Made by a program: the position numbers and the translations under genes. From positions 32,001 through 96,000 of the IMG/VR virus record IMGVR_UViG_3300010430_000004: a stretch of 64,000 nucleotides of DNA; one strand, given 5' to 3'. Below are positions 44,741-56,705 of the stretch, in pieces; position 1 is the stretch's first letter, and each line of letters opens with the position of its first letter. This DNA is from a virus. The notes under the pieces were generated by a model. That model made no database searches, was not told the origin of the DNA, and saw only the letters and a program-made list of their open reading frames with translations.

Positions 44741-47700
44741 ATGTCAGTTAAACGTAGAGTAAATTTTGTAAACCAGATGCGTGTCGATGTTCCAGCTATG
44801 AAATCGATAGAATCTGGAATTAGTAATGATTTCGATGAGTTACTCAACGCTCTTGTAACTGGAGAAAATAATAGTTACGTTATTAGAGGTTTTAACGTAA
44901 ATATGACAGGAGCTATAGGCTCTGCTGCATCGGGTCTTCAGATGCTTGTTGAAGATTCTGCTATTCTTCACGGCTCTTCAAATGAGTCCGGTACATTTTT
45001 TGTAGTCCCTTCTGGAACTGCACCGCAAATTCTCAATTCTGTAACAAATACACGAGTAATCGGATCTTTTACTCCAGGCGCTCAAAACTATATAAGTCTC
45101 GAATTTGTTAGACAAGTAGATGACACTACTACTGGTCAAGTATATATATGGAATCCTGCCAATAAAAACGAAACAACTAAAACTATTCCTTTAGCAATTA
45201 CAATGGATTACAACCTAGTAATTGGAACTACCCAGCCAGCCAGCAATTCGTTGCCTATGGCTCTAGTTACTACTGATCTTAGCAATAACGTTGTAGACAT
45301 TACAAACATCAAACCAAACCTTTTAGGTCTTGGCCGTGGTGGAGCTTCCCCTGATCCCACATATTCTTATCCTTGGACAGATGGAAGAGAACCAAATGCT
45401 CTAACTTCTAGCAATTCCCTAATTGACCCATTTAAAGGTGGAGATCTTCAGCTTCAAAACTTGAAAGAGTGGATGGATGCTGTTATGTCTCGTTTCAAGG
45501 AAATCTTTGGAACACCATACTGGACTAGTGCAAATGCTTCAGGATCATTGGCCTCTCTTAGGCAAGATCTAGCAAATACCATTTTTACTGGCCGTGGAAC
45601 AGTTACCCATAGTGACACTGTTGCTGGACAAATTAACTGGTCAAATGATCTAAGTGCCGTGGTTATTGGTTCAGACATTAAATATGTTATTACTGCCAAT
45701 CCTGCCACTACAGATATTACTCTTGCCGATAATGATGTTGCTTATATTACTCTCGTAAGAGATGAAGACATTACACCAAATCTTATCTTTACCAATGCCA
45801 GCCAAGTAGTTACTTCTGTTGGTGCTATCCCATGGACAAGTGGTTTACAAGCCGGAGATTTTGTCAAAACTGCAACTGCTTCAGCTGCTCTATATTATGA
45901 AATTTTAACCGTTGACTCCCCTACCCAAGTAACTTTGGTTGAGGCTTATGCTGAAACTGATACTGGAGCTGTTGGGGTTCAATCACAATACGCTTTTGGT
46001 GGATATGAAACCAATCCCTCTCCATCTACTGATAGACATATAAAAGTTGCCCAAAGAGACCAAGTTCCTTTTGGTGAAAATATTTACTGGGTACTTTTAA
46101 GACAAGACAATGGTGGAAGTGTACCTAGAGTTTATGCTCGTTTTATTGGAAAAGAATTAGAGCAAGGTGAAACTCAAGACATTAACGATGGAACGCCTCA
46201 AGCAGTCCTAGATTATATTGGCTCATTCAGCGAATCTGATTCTGGACCAGACTATGGTCAAGCATATACGCCTCTAGTTGCTGAAGTAAGCACTATCACA
46301 GCTGTAGCAGCTTCTGACATTACTAGTGGGCAAAGATTTTCATTAAATGCTTCAAACGACATTGAACAATACTATGGTTGGTTTAACAAAGATGCTGCTG
46401 GTGGAGACCCTACACCTTCAGGTTTAACTGGTATTGAAATTCCAGTAACTACAGGTGACAACCAATTAGTTGTTGCTGCTGCCATTCAAGCTGCTGTTGA
46501 TGCTATTTCTGATTTTAATGCTGTAGATAATTTAAACGGTACAGTTACAATTACCAACGATGATGCTGGTGCTACAACTAATGCTGCAAACGTTGATGTT
46601 GGTGGAGCTTTTGCTATCGCTATTGATGTTGAAGGTACTGGAGATAGAAACAGATACGTTATTGACGAAGAAAATTTAACCAAAGGAATCAAAACTCTAG
46701 ACAAAGCTCTTGGTTTACTTCAAGATGCTATTGACGATTTGCCCTGGAAAGGCACTGCTATCAACTTTGCTGCCCTTCCTAGTAGTGGTAACTCTGATGG
46801 TGATGTTAGACTTGTATTAGATACTCGTGTTGCATATCACTGGGATGCTTCACAAAGCCTTTGGCTGCCACTTACAGGTGGATCTGGCCTCAAATTAATT
46901 GGCGGTGGAACAGTTTCATTAACTAAAGTTAAAGAACTTGTTGGTACAATAGAGCAGTTAGTTAACACTGCCAGCATTAATAATCCTAATCAAAATAACT
47001 TTACCGCTCAAACATTTACCCCTGCTGTAGACACTACTGTTAGTGCTGTTGAGCTTTTATTCTGGGGAGCTGGTTCAGCTCCTGTTGGAACAGTTACTTG
47101 TGAAATTTGGGGCACTGATGGTTCTTCTGAACCAGATGAAACAAATATTTTAGCTACTTCTACTCCGTTAGATGTAACTGGTATTCCTGATTTTGTAGAT
47201 GATATTAGACAATTTACCCTTACTGCACCAATCACGTTAACTGCTGGAACAACTTATGCTATAGTTTCTAACACAGACAATATGACTGGTGGATTTATTA
47301 GATATAGAGGATCTACTGCAAATCCTTATGCTGGTGGATCGGTCTTTGCTCAATCAAGTCCCCCAACTGGTGCTTGGTCAAACCCAGGCGGTGGAGCTTA
47401 CGATCTTTGGTTTAGAATCTTAGAAGAGCAAGATGCTCAAGAAGTTATTTATAACTCACCTAATGCTTCTCCTGATCAGTTTTTTGCTCCAAATAATAAC
47501 TATAGAATGGGTCAGAACTTTATTCCACCTGAAAGTGGAAATTTAACATCTGCTTCTTTATTTTTAGCAGGATCAGGTTTCTCAGGTTCAGGATCGATAA
47601 AAGCAGAATTATATGACACAAGTGGAAACAATCCAAATACTCTTATAGCTACTTCTACTAATACTGTAGATCCAACTACTCTTCCTAGTCACCCATCTGC

Positions 47701-50700
47701 TTCTGGTTTTCTTTTTAACTTTCCAGCAACTGCACTTGTAGGTTTGACTAAATATTCTATAGTTGTAAACTTAGAAGACGTAGTTTTTACTGGTGGAAGC
47801 ATAGGGGTATATCACAATACTGCTAACCCTGTTGCCACAACTGGAGTTGGTAGAGTATCAAGTACAAATGGTGGAGGCTCTTGGAGTTTTACTTCAGCAC
47901 ACGACCTTATAGGTACCATATCAATAGAAAGTAAAGGCGTTTCAATTAACTTTGATGCTGATATGTTTCTCGAAAAAGCTGGACTATTATATTCAGCCAA
48001 CACTATCCCAACTTCAGAAAGCCCAATAGCCCTATTAAGCGACAAAGATGTTGCTTATGTTGAGCCAAACCTAATTGCTCCTGGTGGCAATCTTGCGGTA
48101 GTTTTAGATACTCTTGATAACGTTCCACCTACTGCTGTAATTATCGGTAGAAACGATGGTGGCGAAGCTATTGTTGGTTCTTCTTCTACTAGATTAAAAG
48201 TAGGCGAATCAATCAAGCTATATGACACAATTACTGATCAGGCTCGTAACAAAGTTTACGGACATAAATCTGGTTTCTTTAGATCAGATGAACCCATAGT
48301 ATGGACTGGCTCAGAAATCCAACATACTACTGATATAATTTTTGAAACTCTCAAAGACGATGGAACAGAGCAGGCATATACAATAACCGCTCCAGCTCCA
48401 GCTGCTTTGCCAAATATAGAACAAACCGCTCAGTTAGCTTATGGTCTAGCTTTTATAGCTAACAATCATATAGCTCAGACATTTACAGTTCCAGGTGGAC
48501 AAGATTTTGATATCCTAACTTCTGCTTTTAAAATGAGAAGTCAAGGAGCCACTACTGGAACTTTTACTGCTGAAATTTGGGGTGTAGACGGCGGTGGATT
48601 GCCTGATAGCTCCAATGTCGTTGGTACAGCTACAGCTTCTTATGATGCTACAACCTTGCCTACCACTCCCACCGCTGGAGTAGATGCTACTTTTAATTTT
48701 AGTGGAGTAACATTAACTGCTGGAACTCAATACGCTTTTGTTCTAAATGGATCAGCCCTTGGTGGAAGTAATATAGAAATCGGAACAGCCAACTCTGATG
48801 TTTTACCTTCAGAAGAATTGGCCTTTGCAGCAAGCCCAGGAACAACTGGTTCTTGGAGCACAGATAATGAAGATGCTTATTTTGTTATTACTGGACAATC
48901 AGCGGCAGCTTCTCCAACGGCTCTTGCTGATGGAGAGTATGCTTACGTTACTATTGATAGAACACAAGATGCTCAGGCAATAGAATTTACTGTTGGTACT
49001 GCACCAGCTGAAGCTGCTCCAGGAAGTGAAGTAGTTATATTCGGTAAACGTAAAGATGTTTCCGGCGCTGGTTATTTACATCTTCCATTCAATAAACAAG
49101 TACTTGAGCCTGGACAGTCTGTTTTAATCGGAGCTGCTGGATCAGGCGGTAGTGGAACAATTCTTACTGCTGACGTTAAACGTAGGCTTTCTTTTAGCCC
49201 TTATTGTTATGCCACTGCAAACGAGATTGCATTAGATACCGATTCTAAAATCAACACAGTAGATTCAACTGGTGCTTATTCTCCAGCTGATAAGGCTTTT
49301 AAGTTTTCCAGCATAGGTGAAACTTTAGTTTCTAACGAATTGCTGGATGCAGACTTTTGGTCTCAGGGCAAAGACATCACTGAAGCTGAAGCCATGTTTA
49401 GATATGTACTAGCTAGCTATGATGATTCTTCGACCTTTGAATTATCTAGAGATGGTGGAAATGAATATCAAGCATTTGTACCCACTAGAATAGGTGCCAC
49501 GGACACTTTATCTGGAAAGCATGAATTTGCTGAAGAAGCTTCTTTTGCTCATTCATTTAATAATGGTGCTACAGATGGCTCTATAACTTTAACAGATGAC
49601 GCTGGACTTAACCCACTAGAGTCTGGAAGTTTTACCTTAACAGCAACTACAACTTTAAAACAGATTCCATTAAATGTAACTAAATCTGGAACTGCACTAG
49701 GAAATTATAGAATTCAAGTAGTAAAAGACGATGGAGGAAATCCTTCGACTGATACAGCAGACTTGTTATTTGAAAGCTCTGCTAAAAATATAGCTTTATT
49801 ATCTGCTGGTGCCAACGCTACTGTTTTAGATTTTACTTTAACTTTAGTTGCTGGAATCTATCATGTAGTTATTGTTACTGACACTGAATATAAAGATACT
49901 TATACTGCTAACAATGCAAACAATATAGCAGTAGAAGCCACTGGAACAGATTTAACTACTGTAGTTAATGGTAGAGAACTTTCACTATTATTAAGAGTTA
50001 CAGCTGGAACAGCCAATACTCTTTCTCAAGGTTATGGTGTTTTCTACGACAACTCTTATGGCTCTACAGATATTACCCTCAAGAAACAAATAAATAAGTT
50101 TTACTTTAGCAGTGATGATAACAAGGTTCTTTTTAATCTTAACTTTTTGCCTGATCCTGATATTTTGGTTGCTTATGATCCTTTTAGGGGTCAAACTTAT
50201 GTTGCTGCTGATGGTGTATTTAGAATCGAAGGTAACTCTGTTATTTTTGAAGCAGGAACTTTTGCTACCGATCCAACTACAGGTGCTGAAGATATTTTAA
50301 TAATCTTTAGACAAATAGTTGGAAACGGTTTTGATAATTCTGACCAAAATGCTAACAAAATTGCTTCAATAGAATCTCAACTAATTGATATTGGCGATCA
50401 ACTAGAATCTGTTTCTGATTCAATGGTTGTTCCAAAAATTGCCGCCCCTTTTACTACTGTACAAAGCAGAAGCTTAATGCCTGACCTTTCTATGGATTTA
50501 AAACCTAGATTGGGAATTGAACGCATAATGACTCAAAGTGTTTCAAAAATTCAAGATGAAATTGGTCCCAACGGTGGAGCAGTTTATGGTTTAGTAAATG
50601 ACAAATTTGACCAAATAAGATTTGTTGGGGATATTGACTCTAGAAACGACTCTTCTGGAGTATATATAGCCATTAACAACACAGATGGTACTGGATTTGT

Positions 50701-53137
50701 AGAAGTTACTTTTTACGGAACTGGGCTAAATTTATTATACTACTGGAACGGAGTAAGAGATCAGAGAGTATCTGTTGATGGCGGTGCAGAGACCACAATC
50801 AACCCGAATACATCTGGGTTGTTGAATGCTAGAAACTATACTCCAAATACTAGTGTTAATGTAGCTAGTGGATTAACTCTAGGTACTCACACAGTTAAAA
50901 TTAGAAATAACAATGGAGCTGGACAAGGTGTTCTTGGTTTTGAAATTTTAAACGAAGAAGTTAATGGAAATATTTTAACAAATCCTGGGGCACAGCTTTT
51001 CAAGGGCAAACGTTTAGTAAATTCTACCCAAGACTCTACTTCTTACAACTCAGACTTTGAATCTGGAACATTGACCACTTATGGTGGACACGTTTTAATG
51101 TACCAAAAATCCGATGGGTCTGTAGCTAAAGCCGTAAATTCTTCAGATGATACTTTGGGCACAGAATTAATCACCAATGGAACTTTTGACTCGGATATAA
51201 CTGGATGGACAAAAACTGGGGGAAGCCCAGGTACGATTACTCACTCAGCTACTTTTGGTGGAAGTTTAAGGTACAATGATACTGGTGCTGGGTATTTGCA
51301 AGCAAATGCTTTCTTTGCTACCGTTCCTGGTATAATGTATGAAATATCTGTAGATATTAAATCTATTTCTGCCAATCAGTTGGCTGCATTAGTAGGAGAT
51401 GCCGGAGAAGCTTTAGATGGAAACGGCTTTATAGGTATCCCAGGAAGATGGGGTGGCCTTGGTCTTGGTGGGGCACCTAAAGATAATATAAGGTTTAGTT
51501 TTGTTGCCCAAGGTACTAGTGCTAGAATTCAAATTTACGAAGGAAACTCTTCTGTAAACGTAACTGATGCCTTTGTGGACAATGTTTCCGTTAAGGAAGT
51601 GCCAGCAAAAGTTCTTGCAAGTGCTGACCACTCTAATGAAGAAATTATACGTAGGGTCACTTATAAAGAATTTGGTGCTGGACAGTCAACTGCCGATTTC
51701 AGTTCACCGCTTCCAACAAATGCAGGCCAAGGGCCGAGGGCATTTACTCTAGACGATGGAACTATGACTTTACTAAGTGATAATGTAGCTGTTTTTAATC
51801 GAGGAATTTATCCAAAAGATCCTAGCGATATCATCACTTTCACTTTTGTTGGAACAGGTTTGGATCTAATAAGCGTTTCCGACAATGCTTCAACAGCTTG
51901 GGATTATGACATTCATGTAGACGGAGTAAAAATTGGTTCTCCAGATCCTTCGTATTGGAACAACTTTGAAGGAACTAACAAAATAGTTTCAGGTCTTCCC
52001 TATGGAACCCACACTGTTCGTCTTCAAACAATAACAGCATCAGGCACTGCACCAGTGTTTAGAGACTTTATTATCTATGGACCTAAAACTCCGACCTTAC
52101 CTTCAGGGGCTAAGGCTGTTTCTGATTACTTTATTATGGCCGACTTTCGAGAAGCTTATAGTCAAGGGTTGTTAACAGTATCTCGTGGAGCACTAAGAAA
52201 AGACATTTCTAGAGAAATGCTTTATGTAGAAGGGACTGGTGGAGCAAACAACTGGGGATTAAGTTTTGTGCCTTCAGCAATAATTGGTGGATATCAAGCT
52301 TTTAGCGATAGGCAAGATGCTTATATGGAATACACGTTTTTTGGTACTGGATTTGACCTTAGATGGGCGGCTGACACAGGAAGAACAGCAAGCGTAGATG
52401 TAACTCTTAATGGAATTGCAGCTTCAGCAGCAAACTATCCGACAGCAGAATATTTCGAATACGGTGGAACAACAGCTAGATGGAACACAGGTCTTGGATC
52501 TTTATCAATGATAGATACAGGCCCAAACCTTGGTGTTGGCGCTGGAATAAGCAACTTGCCATTAGGAACTTATACTGTTAGGTTTTCTAACAACAATGCT
52601 GGATCTTTTATAGTGCCAGAAGCGTTAGATATTATAACACCTATTCACGCTCCTAAGCAAAATGGGCCATTTACTATTCAGGGTGCGTTAGAAGTTGGAT
52701 CTCAAGGCATTAGAGACTTGAGAAAGTTTAGCAGCAAGGACATTCCAGTTGCAAATATGTCCGGTGCTGGCTATACACAAATGCTTGACTCTTTGACGAC
52801 TTTAAGTGCTGGTCAAGTGAAACCTATTGGTTCTCCAATGAGTATTGTTCTAGAAGAAGATTCTTATGTTAATTTTACTTATAATGTTGAATACCGTTCA
52901 ACAGGGGCAGACTCAGCGGATGATTTCACTGTTTATCTAAACGGAAAAGCATTTGGGCTTAGAACTATAGATCAATCTCACTCAGCTAATAGATCAATAC
53001 AAAGATTCATTAGTGAGAGATTGTTTTTAAGAAAAGGAAGTTACACCGCTCACTTAGAAGTTGCTTCAGGAAGTGCTGTAAGCTTTACTTACAATGCCAC
53101 TAGACATAAAATGACCTATAAAGTGGAGAAAAAATGA
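44741..53137 (+). CDS. Giant multidomain tail fibre / receptor-binding protein
   Basis: 2798 aa, T/G/S-rich, repeated beta-sandwich modules, carbohydrate-binding-like ELITNGTFDSDITGW. Confidence 0.75.
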   Translation: MSVKRRVNFVNQMRVDVPAMKSIESGISNDFDELLNALVTGENNSYVIRGFNVNMTGAIGSAASGLQMLVEDSAILHGSSNESGTFFVVPSGTAPQILNSVTNTRVIGSFTPGAQNYISLEFVRQVDDTTTGQVYIWNPANKNETTKTIPLAITMDYNLVIGTTQPASNSLPMALVTTDLSNNVVDITNIKPNLLGLGRGGASPDPTYSYPWTDGREPNALTSSNSLIDPFKGGDLQLQNLKEWMDAVMSRFKEIFGTPYWTSANASGSLASLRQDLANTIFTGRGTVTHSDTVAGQINWSNDLSAVVIGSDIKYVITANPATTDITLADNDVAYITLVRDEDITPNLIFTNASQVVTSVGAIPWTSGLQAGDFVKTATASAALYYEILTVDSPTQVTLVEAYAETDTGAVGVQSQYAFGGYETNPSPSTDRHIKVAQRDQVPFGENIYWVLLRQDNGGSVPRVYARFIGKELEQGETQDINDGTPQAVLDYIGSFSESDSGPDYGQAYTPLVAEVSTITAVAASDITSGQRFSLNASNDIEQYYGWFNKDAAGGDPTPSGLTGIEIPVTTGDNQLVVAAAIQAAVDAISDFNAVDNLNGTVTITNDDAGATTNAANVDVGGAFAIAIDVEGTGDRNRYVIDEENLTKGIKTLDKALGLLQDAIDDLPWKGTAINFAALPSSGNSDGDVRLVLDTRVAYHWDASQSLWLPLTGGSGLKLIGGGTVSLTKVKELVGTIEQLVNTASINNPNQNNFTAQTFTPAVDTTVSAVELLFWGAGSAPVGTVTCEIWGTDGSSEPDETNILATSTPLDVTGIPDFVDDIRQFTLTAPITLTAGTTYAIVSNTDNMTGGFIRYRGSTANPYAGGSVFAQSSPPTGAWSNPGGGAYDLWFRILEEQDAQEVIYNSPNASPDQFFAPNNNYRMGQNFIPPESGNLTSASLFLAGSGFSGSGSIKAELYDTSGNNPNTLIATSTNTVDPTTLPSHPSASGFLFNFPATALVGLTKYSIVVNLEDVVFTGGSIGVYHNTANPVATTGVGRVSSTNGGGSWSFTSAHDLIGTISIESKGVSINFDADMFLEKAGLLYSANTIPTSESPIALLSDKDVAYVEPNLIAPGGNLAVVLDTLDNVPPTAVIIGRNDGGEAIVGSSSTRLKVGESIKLYDTITDQARNKVYGHKSGFFRSDEPIVWTGSEIQHTTDIIFETLKDDGTEQAYTITAPAPAALPNIEQTAQLAYGLAFIANNHIAQTFTVPGGQDFDILTSAFKMRSQGATTGTFTAEIWGVDGGGLPDSSNVVGTATASYDATTLPTTPTAGVDATFNFSGVTLTAGTQYAFVLNGSALGGSNIEIGTANSDVLPSEELAFAASPGTTGSWSTDNEDAYFVITGQSAAASPTALADGEYAYVTIDRTQDAQAIEFTVGTAPAEAAPGSEVVIFGKRKDVSGAGYLHLPFNKQVLEPGQSVLIGAAGSGGSGTILTADVKRRLSFSPYCYATANEIALDTDSKINTVDSTGAYSPADKAFKFSSIGETLVSNELLDADFWSQGKDITEAEAMFRYVLASYDDSSTFELSRDGGNEYQAFVPTRIGATDTLSGKHEFAEEASFAHSFNNGATDGSITLTDDAGLNPLESGSFTLTATTTLKQIPLNVTKSGTALGNYRIQVVKDDGGNPSTDTADLLFESSAKNIALLSAGANATVLDFTLTLVAGIYHVVIVTDTEYKDTYTANNANNIAVEATGTDLTTVVNGRELSLLLRVTAGTANTLSQGYGVFYDNSYGSTDITLKKQINKFYFSSDDNKVLFNLNFLPDPDILVAYDPFRGQTYVAADGVFRIEGNSVIFEAGTFATDPTTGAEDILIIFRQIVGNGFDNSDQNANKIASIESQLIDIGDQLESVSDSMVVPKIAAPFTTVQSRSLMPDLSMDLKPRLGIERIMTQSVSKIQDEIGPNGGAVYGLVNDKFDQIRFVGDIDSRNDSSGVYIAINNTDGTGFVEVTFYGTGLNLLYYWNGVRDQRVSVDGGAETTINPNTSGLLNARNYTPNTSVNVASGLTLGTHTVKIRNNNGAGQGVLGFEILNEEVNGNILTNPGAQLFKGKRLVNSTQDSTSYNSDFESGTLTTYGGHVLMYQKSDGSVAKAVNSSDDTLGTELITNGTFDSDITGWTKTGGSPGTITHSATFGGSLRYNDTGAGYLQANAFFATVPGIMYEISVDIKSISANQLAALVGDAGEALDGNGFIGIPGRWGGLGLGGAPKDNIRFSFVAQGTSARIQIYEGNSSVNVTDAFVDNVSVKEVPAKVLASADHSNEEIIRRVTYKEFGAGQSTADFSSPLPTNAGQGPRAFTLDDGTMTLLSDNVAVFNRGIYPKDPSDIITFTFVGTGLDLISVSDNASTAWDYDIHVDGVKIGSPDPSYWNNFEGTNKIVSGLPYGTHTVRLQTITASGTAPVFRDFIIYGPKTPTLPSGAKAVSDYFIMADFREAYSQGLLTVSRGALRKDISREMLYVEGTGGANNWGLSFVPSAIIGGYQAFSDRQDAYMEYTFFGTGFDLRWAADTGRTASVDVTLNGIAASAANYPTAEYFEYGGTTARWNTGLGSLSMIDTGPNLGVGAGISNLPLGTYTVRFSNNNAGSFIVPEALDIITPIHAPKQNGPFTIQGALEVGSQGIRDLRKFSSKDIPVANMSGAGYTQMLDSLTTLSAGQVKPIGSPMSIVLEEDSYVNFTYNVEYRSTGADSADDFTVYLNGKAFGLRTIDQSHSANRSIQRFISERLFLRKGSYTAHLEVASGSAVSFTYNATRHKMTYKVEKK

Positions 53138-53841
53138 AAATAACTAGTGTAGATTCTTCAAAAGAAAAAATAGGAACACTAATTAATGCTGGCTCTGATA
53201 TTAATTTAGGGCCATCGGTGTTGACGATTGGTGGTTTGCAATATACTACAGAGTCAACTCTGGTTGTCGCAATGCCTGCTTTAGCAGAAAGTGAAAGATA
53301 TCAAGTTTATGCAGTTCAAATCGCTGGAGTTGTTAGTTTAGTTATCAGTCAAAATGAGAATTCAGTTGGTCCTTCAGGATACAATACTTGGAAACTAGTT
53401 GGAAGTTTTTATTCAAGTGTTGGTTCTAACTTTCTTCAATTTGCTAATATTAAAACTAAACCTTTTGAAGACATTGAAGAGGCCATTGATTTAGATGGAA
53501 ATGCAGATTTTACTACAGGAGAAATTACAGTTACTAGAAACGGAAATCAAATAAATATTCAAACCACTAGAGATTTGGTCTTTCCATCTCAATCTACAGC
53601 AGCTTCAACGATTGGTATATTGCCTTTGTGGGCAACCCCATTGCAAGATCAATTCAATATATATGTAAATAATGGCCCATCAAATATTGCTAGAGCTAAT
53701 GCTAGAAATAACAGAGGTTTTAATGTTGATTTTAGTAATTTTGACGGATCCAATTCCAACGAAACAACAGATTTTGGTTGGGCTCAGTTAGATTATAGAG
53801 TTCCAGGAAATACTGATAAACGAAACATTGAGGACTTATAA
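53134..53841 (+). CDS. Tail fibre-associated protein
   Basis: Coupled to the fibre gene. Confidence 0.55.
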   Translation: MKITSVDSSKEKIGTLINAGSDINLGPSVLTIGGLQYTTESTLVVAMPALAESERYQVYAVQIAGVVSLVISQNENSVGPSGYNTWKLVGSFYSSVGSNFLQFANIKTKPFEDIEEAIDLDGNADFTTGEITVTRNGNQINIQTTRDLVFPSQSTAASTIGILPLWATPLQDQFNIYVNNGPSNIARANARNNRGFNVDFSNFDGSNSNETTDFGWAQLDYRVPGNTDKRNIEDL

Positions 53842-55106
53842 TGAGTAACACAGGAAAAGGCGCAACGTCTATTAAAAAAGATATTCTCCAGCCAGGAAGT
53901 ATCCCAAAGACTGGATACAAAAGCCTTAGATGGAAACATCAAGCAAGTGCTGGTGACACTGTAATTAATATACAATCACTAACCGTTCCAGCTATATCTA
54001 CTGCTAAAGGTTTTGTCCAACCTTCTGCCCCTGAACGCGCAACTGTTGATCATTTTCAATATATGAATAATTTTCGTTTAGAATCTTCCCTTAGAATGCT
54101 TTCTATGCCTGAAGATTACAGAATAACTGGTGCTCAAACTATAGTTTTAGAGGTTGCTGCTGCTGAAGGCGAAATTTTTACAGGTGTAATGATGGCTTTT
54201 CCTGTATCAGGAAACACCATTGTTGACGCTAACACAGATCCAATTTCAGTAGTTTTACCTGCTGGACAAACAGACATTTCCATCGGAACCTATGACGTGG
54301 GTAAAAATACCAACGCCCAACATGGTCAATATACTGTTCACGAAGATGGACAATTAGTTTACCGTAACTTTGGAAACCAATCCGATGGCGAAGGTTCTTA
54401 TTACGAATTAGACGGCATTATTCGTTTTAACACTACGAGCACAGAAGATAGAAACATATCTTTAATTCCTACAGCAGCTATCGTTCACGCCCCTGATAAT
54501 TCTCTTCTCCAAAAAATTCAAACAGTATCTGGAAAAGTAGATTCTATGATTCCTACACTTGCTGCTGAAGCCGGAGTTCCTGAGAGTACGTTTGGTGGAG
54601 TAAGTGACCCAGACATAAAGGCCCATGGTGCAAGGGTTGTGCAAAACGAAGCAGACATTGCTCAAAATACAACAGATATAACTACTAAAACACAACACGT
54701 ATTGCCGTATGTTGATTCTGGGGTTCAAACATTGAGCCCTACTATATTCTTTAATTTGACTATACCAGCTGGTACAGTAACAAAACAATACCGTTGGATT
54801 AGGACTGGTAAAGTAGTAGATCTTTGGATTTGGTTCAGATACGATGGTGCAGCAGCAACTAATGATTTTTTCTATTTCGATTACACTACACTTGGAATTC
54901 CAACTCCAGAAAACCACCCCAATGCATCTACTTTTCAGCAAGATACTATCAGTAGCTCTGGAAATGGTGGTTGGGGTAACGGTGGATCAGTATTGAGTCC
55001 AGCAACTTGTCAGTTTTTGCAAAATGATAGAATTTATTCAACTGCTGAAGATCAGAAGGTTATTGCTGAGTTTCATGGTCACATAAGATACATAACGAGC
55101 GATTAA
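53841..55106 (+). CDS. Tail fibre protein
   Basis: Short coiled coil, then YRWIRTGKVVDL tip domain. Confidence 0.6.
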   Translation: MSNTGKGATSIKKDILQPGSIPKTGYKSLRWKHQASAGDTVINIQSLTVPAISTAKGFVQPSAPERATVDHFQYMNNFRLESSLRMLSMPEDYRITGAQTIVLEVAAAEGEIFTGVMMAFPVSGNTIVDANTDPISVVLPAGQTDISIGTYDVGKNTNAQHGQYTVHEDGQLVYRNFGNQSDGEGSYYELDGIIRFNTTSTEDRNISLIPTAAIVHAPDNSLLQKIQTVSGKVDSMIPTLAAEAGVPESTFGGVSDPDIKAHGARVVQNEADIAQNTTDITTKTQHVLPYVDSGVQTLSPTIFFNLTIPAGTVTKQYRWIRTGKVVDLWIWFRYDGAAATNDFFYFDYTTLGIPTPENHPNASTFQQDTISSSGNGGWGNGGSVLSPATCQFLQNDRIYSTAEDQKVIAEFHGHIRYITSD

Positions 55107-55116
55107 GGGATAGATA

Positions 55117-55623
55117 ATGAGTGCTAGAAGAAAATCAAATGAAGAAATAGAAACTAGGATAGCTGCTTTAGAAAATCCTGCAGAGCCTCTTGGTATTTTA
55201 GCTAGCCTTACTACTGGTGGCGTTACCCACGCTGGCGGTGCTACTTGGGACGCAATACCATTTAACAATATAAAAAGCAACAATGGAATGTCTTACAATC
55301 CAGGAACTGGAGAAATAACCATTACAAAAACTGCTTGGTACACTGCAAATGCTAAAGTCAACTTTGTAATTAATCCACCAGGAAACCATACACCGAGCAT
55401 TAGGGCTTTTATTACTAGGCCAGGCGGTGCCAACGATTCCTTAACAGGAGATTTTCAGTCAGAATCAACTTCAGGAAGTTTTAATTTTGGTAGAGGAGTG
55501 AGTTTTTCCGAAAGATTTGAGGCTGGAACGGTAATTAAATTTGAGGCATTTGCCAATTCTGGATCTGTAGCCACGCTCCAAACCTCTGGCTTAACATACT
55601 TTTCATTAGTGGAGAACAGATAA
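55117..55623 (+). CDS. Short fibre with a C1q/TNF-like head
   Basis: ETRIAALE; IPFNN...YNPGTGEITI...WY. Confidence 0.6.
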   Translation: MSARRKSNEEIETRIAALENPAEPLGILASLTTGGVTHAGGATWDAIPFNNIKSNNGMSYNPGTGEITITKTAWYTANAKVNFVINPPGNHTPSIRAFITRPGGANDSLTGDFQSESTSGSFNFGRGVSFSERFEAGTVIKFEAFANSGSVATLQTSGLTYFSLVENR

Positions 55624-56696
55624 TGAGTATTTTAACCCCAAGAAGCAATAGATATGACAGAAATTTGTTTATCAATGGTAACTTTGATTTCTTTAGATAC
55701 GGTACAGCTGGTAATTTAGGTTACGTTGCTGACAGGTTTAGAACTTCTGGTTCTGGAAACGGCCAAGGCACTGCTGCATTATTGCAATCTAAGAATACGG
55801 ACGTTCCATTTGGCGGTGGAAATTCTATGCAACTTGAATGTATAGGACTAGCTTCCCCTGATCCCACAGATTCTTTAGGATTCGTTTCCATAATGGAAGG
55901 TGCTGATATTGAAGAATATTTAGGACAAGAAGTTACTTTTGGTGCTCATTTTAAGGCCAATCATACAGGAACTTATGGAGTAGGCTTTAACGTTGGTGCT
56001 GGAGAGTTTTCTTACGTTTCAGCATTAACTATAGATACAGCAGACGTATGGCAATTCCATACCTTTACAGTGACCCTTCCTTCTAGTGTTGCAGCTCCTT
56101 TAGACAACACCAACGGATTCGCTTTAGTAATCGAATTAATGGAGTCTTCGGCTTTTTCTACCAGCACACTTGATCAGATTATTTCTGGAAATAAAAGAGG
56201 GATTGCTGGACAAAAAAACCTATTCGATAATATTGGAAATACGCTAAAAGTAGCAAAAGTACAACTCCTTAAGGGTAGTGGGATATCTCCAACAGAATTT
56301 GTTAGACGTGGCTTTGATAAAGCTGAAGAGTTGCAAAAATGCAAAAGATATATGAGAAAAACGTATAGCGAAGAAGTTACGCCTGGAACAATTACCAGTT
56401 CAGGGAGATATAGTCACGCACACTTTGAAACAAACTCAAATGTTTTAGACTCTGTAACTCACCATTTTGGTGAATCAATGAGGGCAGCACCTCAAATGAC
56501 AGCTTATTCATACAATACAGGTGCAGCTAATCAATGTCTATATGTAACAGCAGCTAGCAGCTCCTCCGTTCATCCTGTCAACTTTTATGAAGAGACAGAA
56601 AAAGGTTTTAGTTACGGAGCTACTGGAACAGTCGGTGGAACTCGTGGTAACGCTGCTTTAATGTTATTTCACTGGGTAGCCAGAGCAGAGCTATAG
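55623..56696 (+). CDS. Tail fibre carbohydrate-binding-domain protein
   Basis: RNLFINGNFD...ADRF...VQL...EELQKCKRY...MRAAP. Confidence 0.7.
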   Translation: MSILTPRSNRYDRNLFINGNFDFFRYGTAGNLGYVADRFRTSGSGNGQGTAALLQSKNTDVPFGGGNSMQLECIGLASPDPTDSLGFVSIMEGADIEEYLGQEVTFGAHFKANHTGTYGVGFNVGAGEFSYVSALTIDTADVWQFHTFTVTLPSSVAAPLDNTNGFALVIELMESSAFSTSTLDQIISGNKRGIAGQKNLFDNIGNTLKVAKVQLLKGSGISPTEFVRRGFDKAEELQKCKRYMRKTYSEEVTPGTITSSGRYSHAHFETNSNVLDSVTHHFGESMRAAPQMTAYSYNTGAANQCLYVTAASSSSVHPVNFYEETEKGFSYGATGTVGGTRGNAALMLFHWVARAEL

Positions 56697-56705
56697 GAGA
56701 ATTAA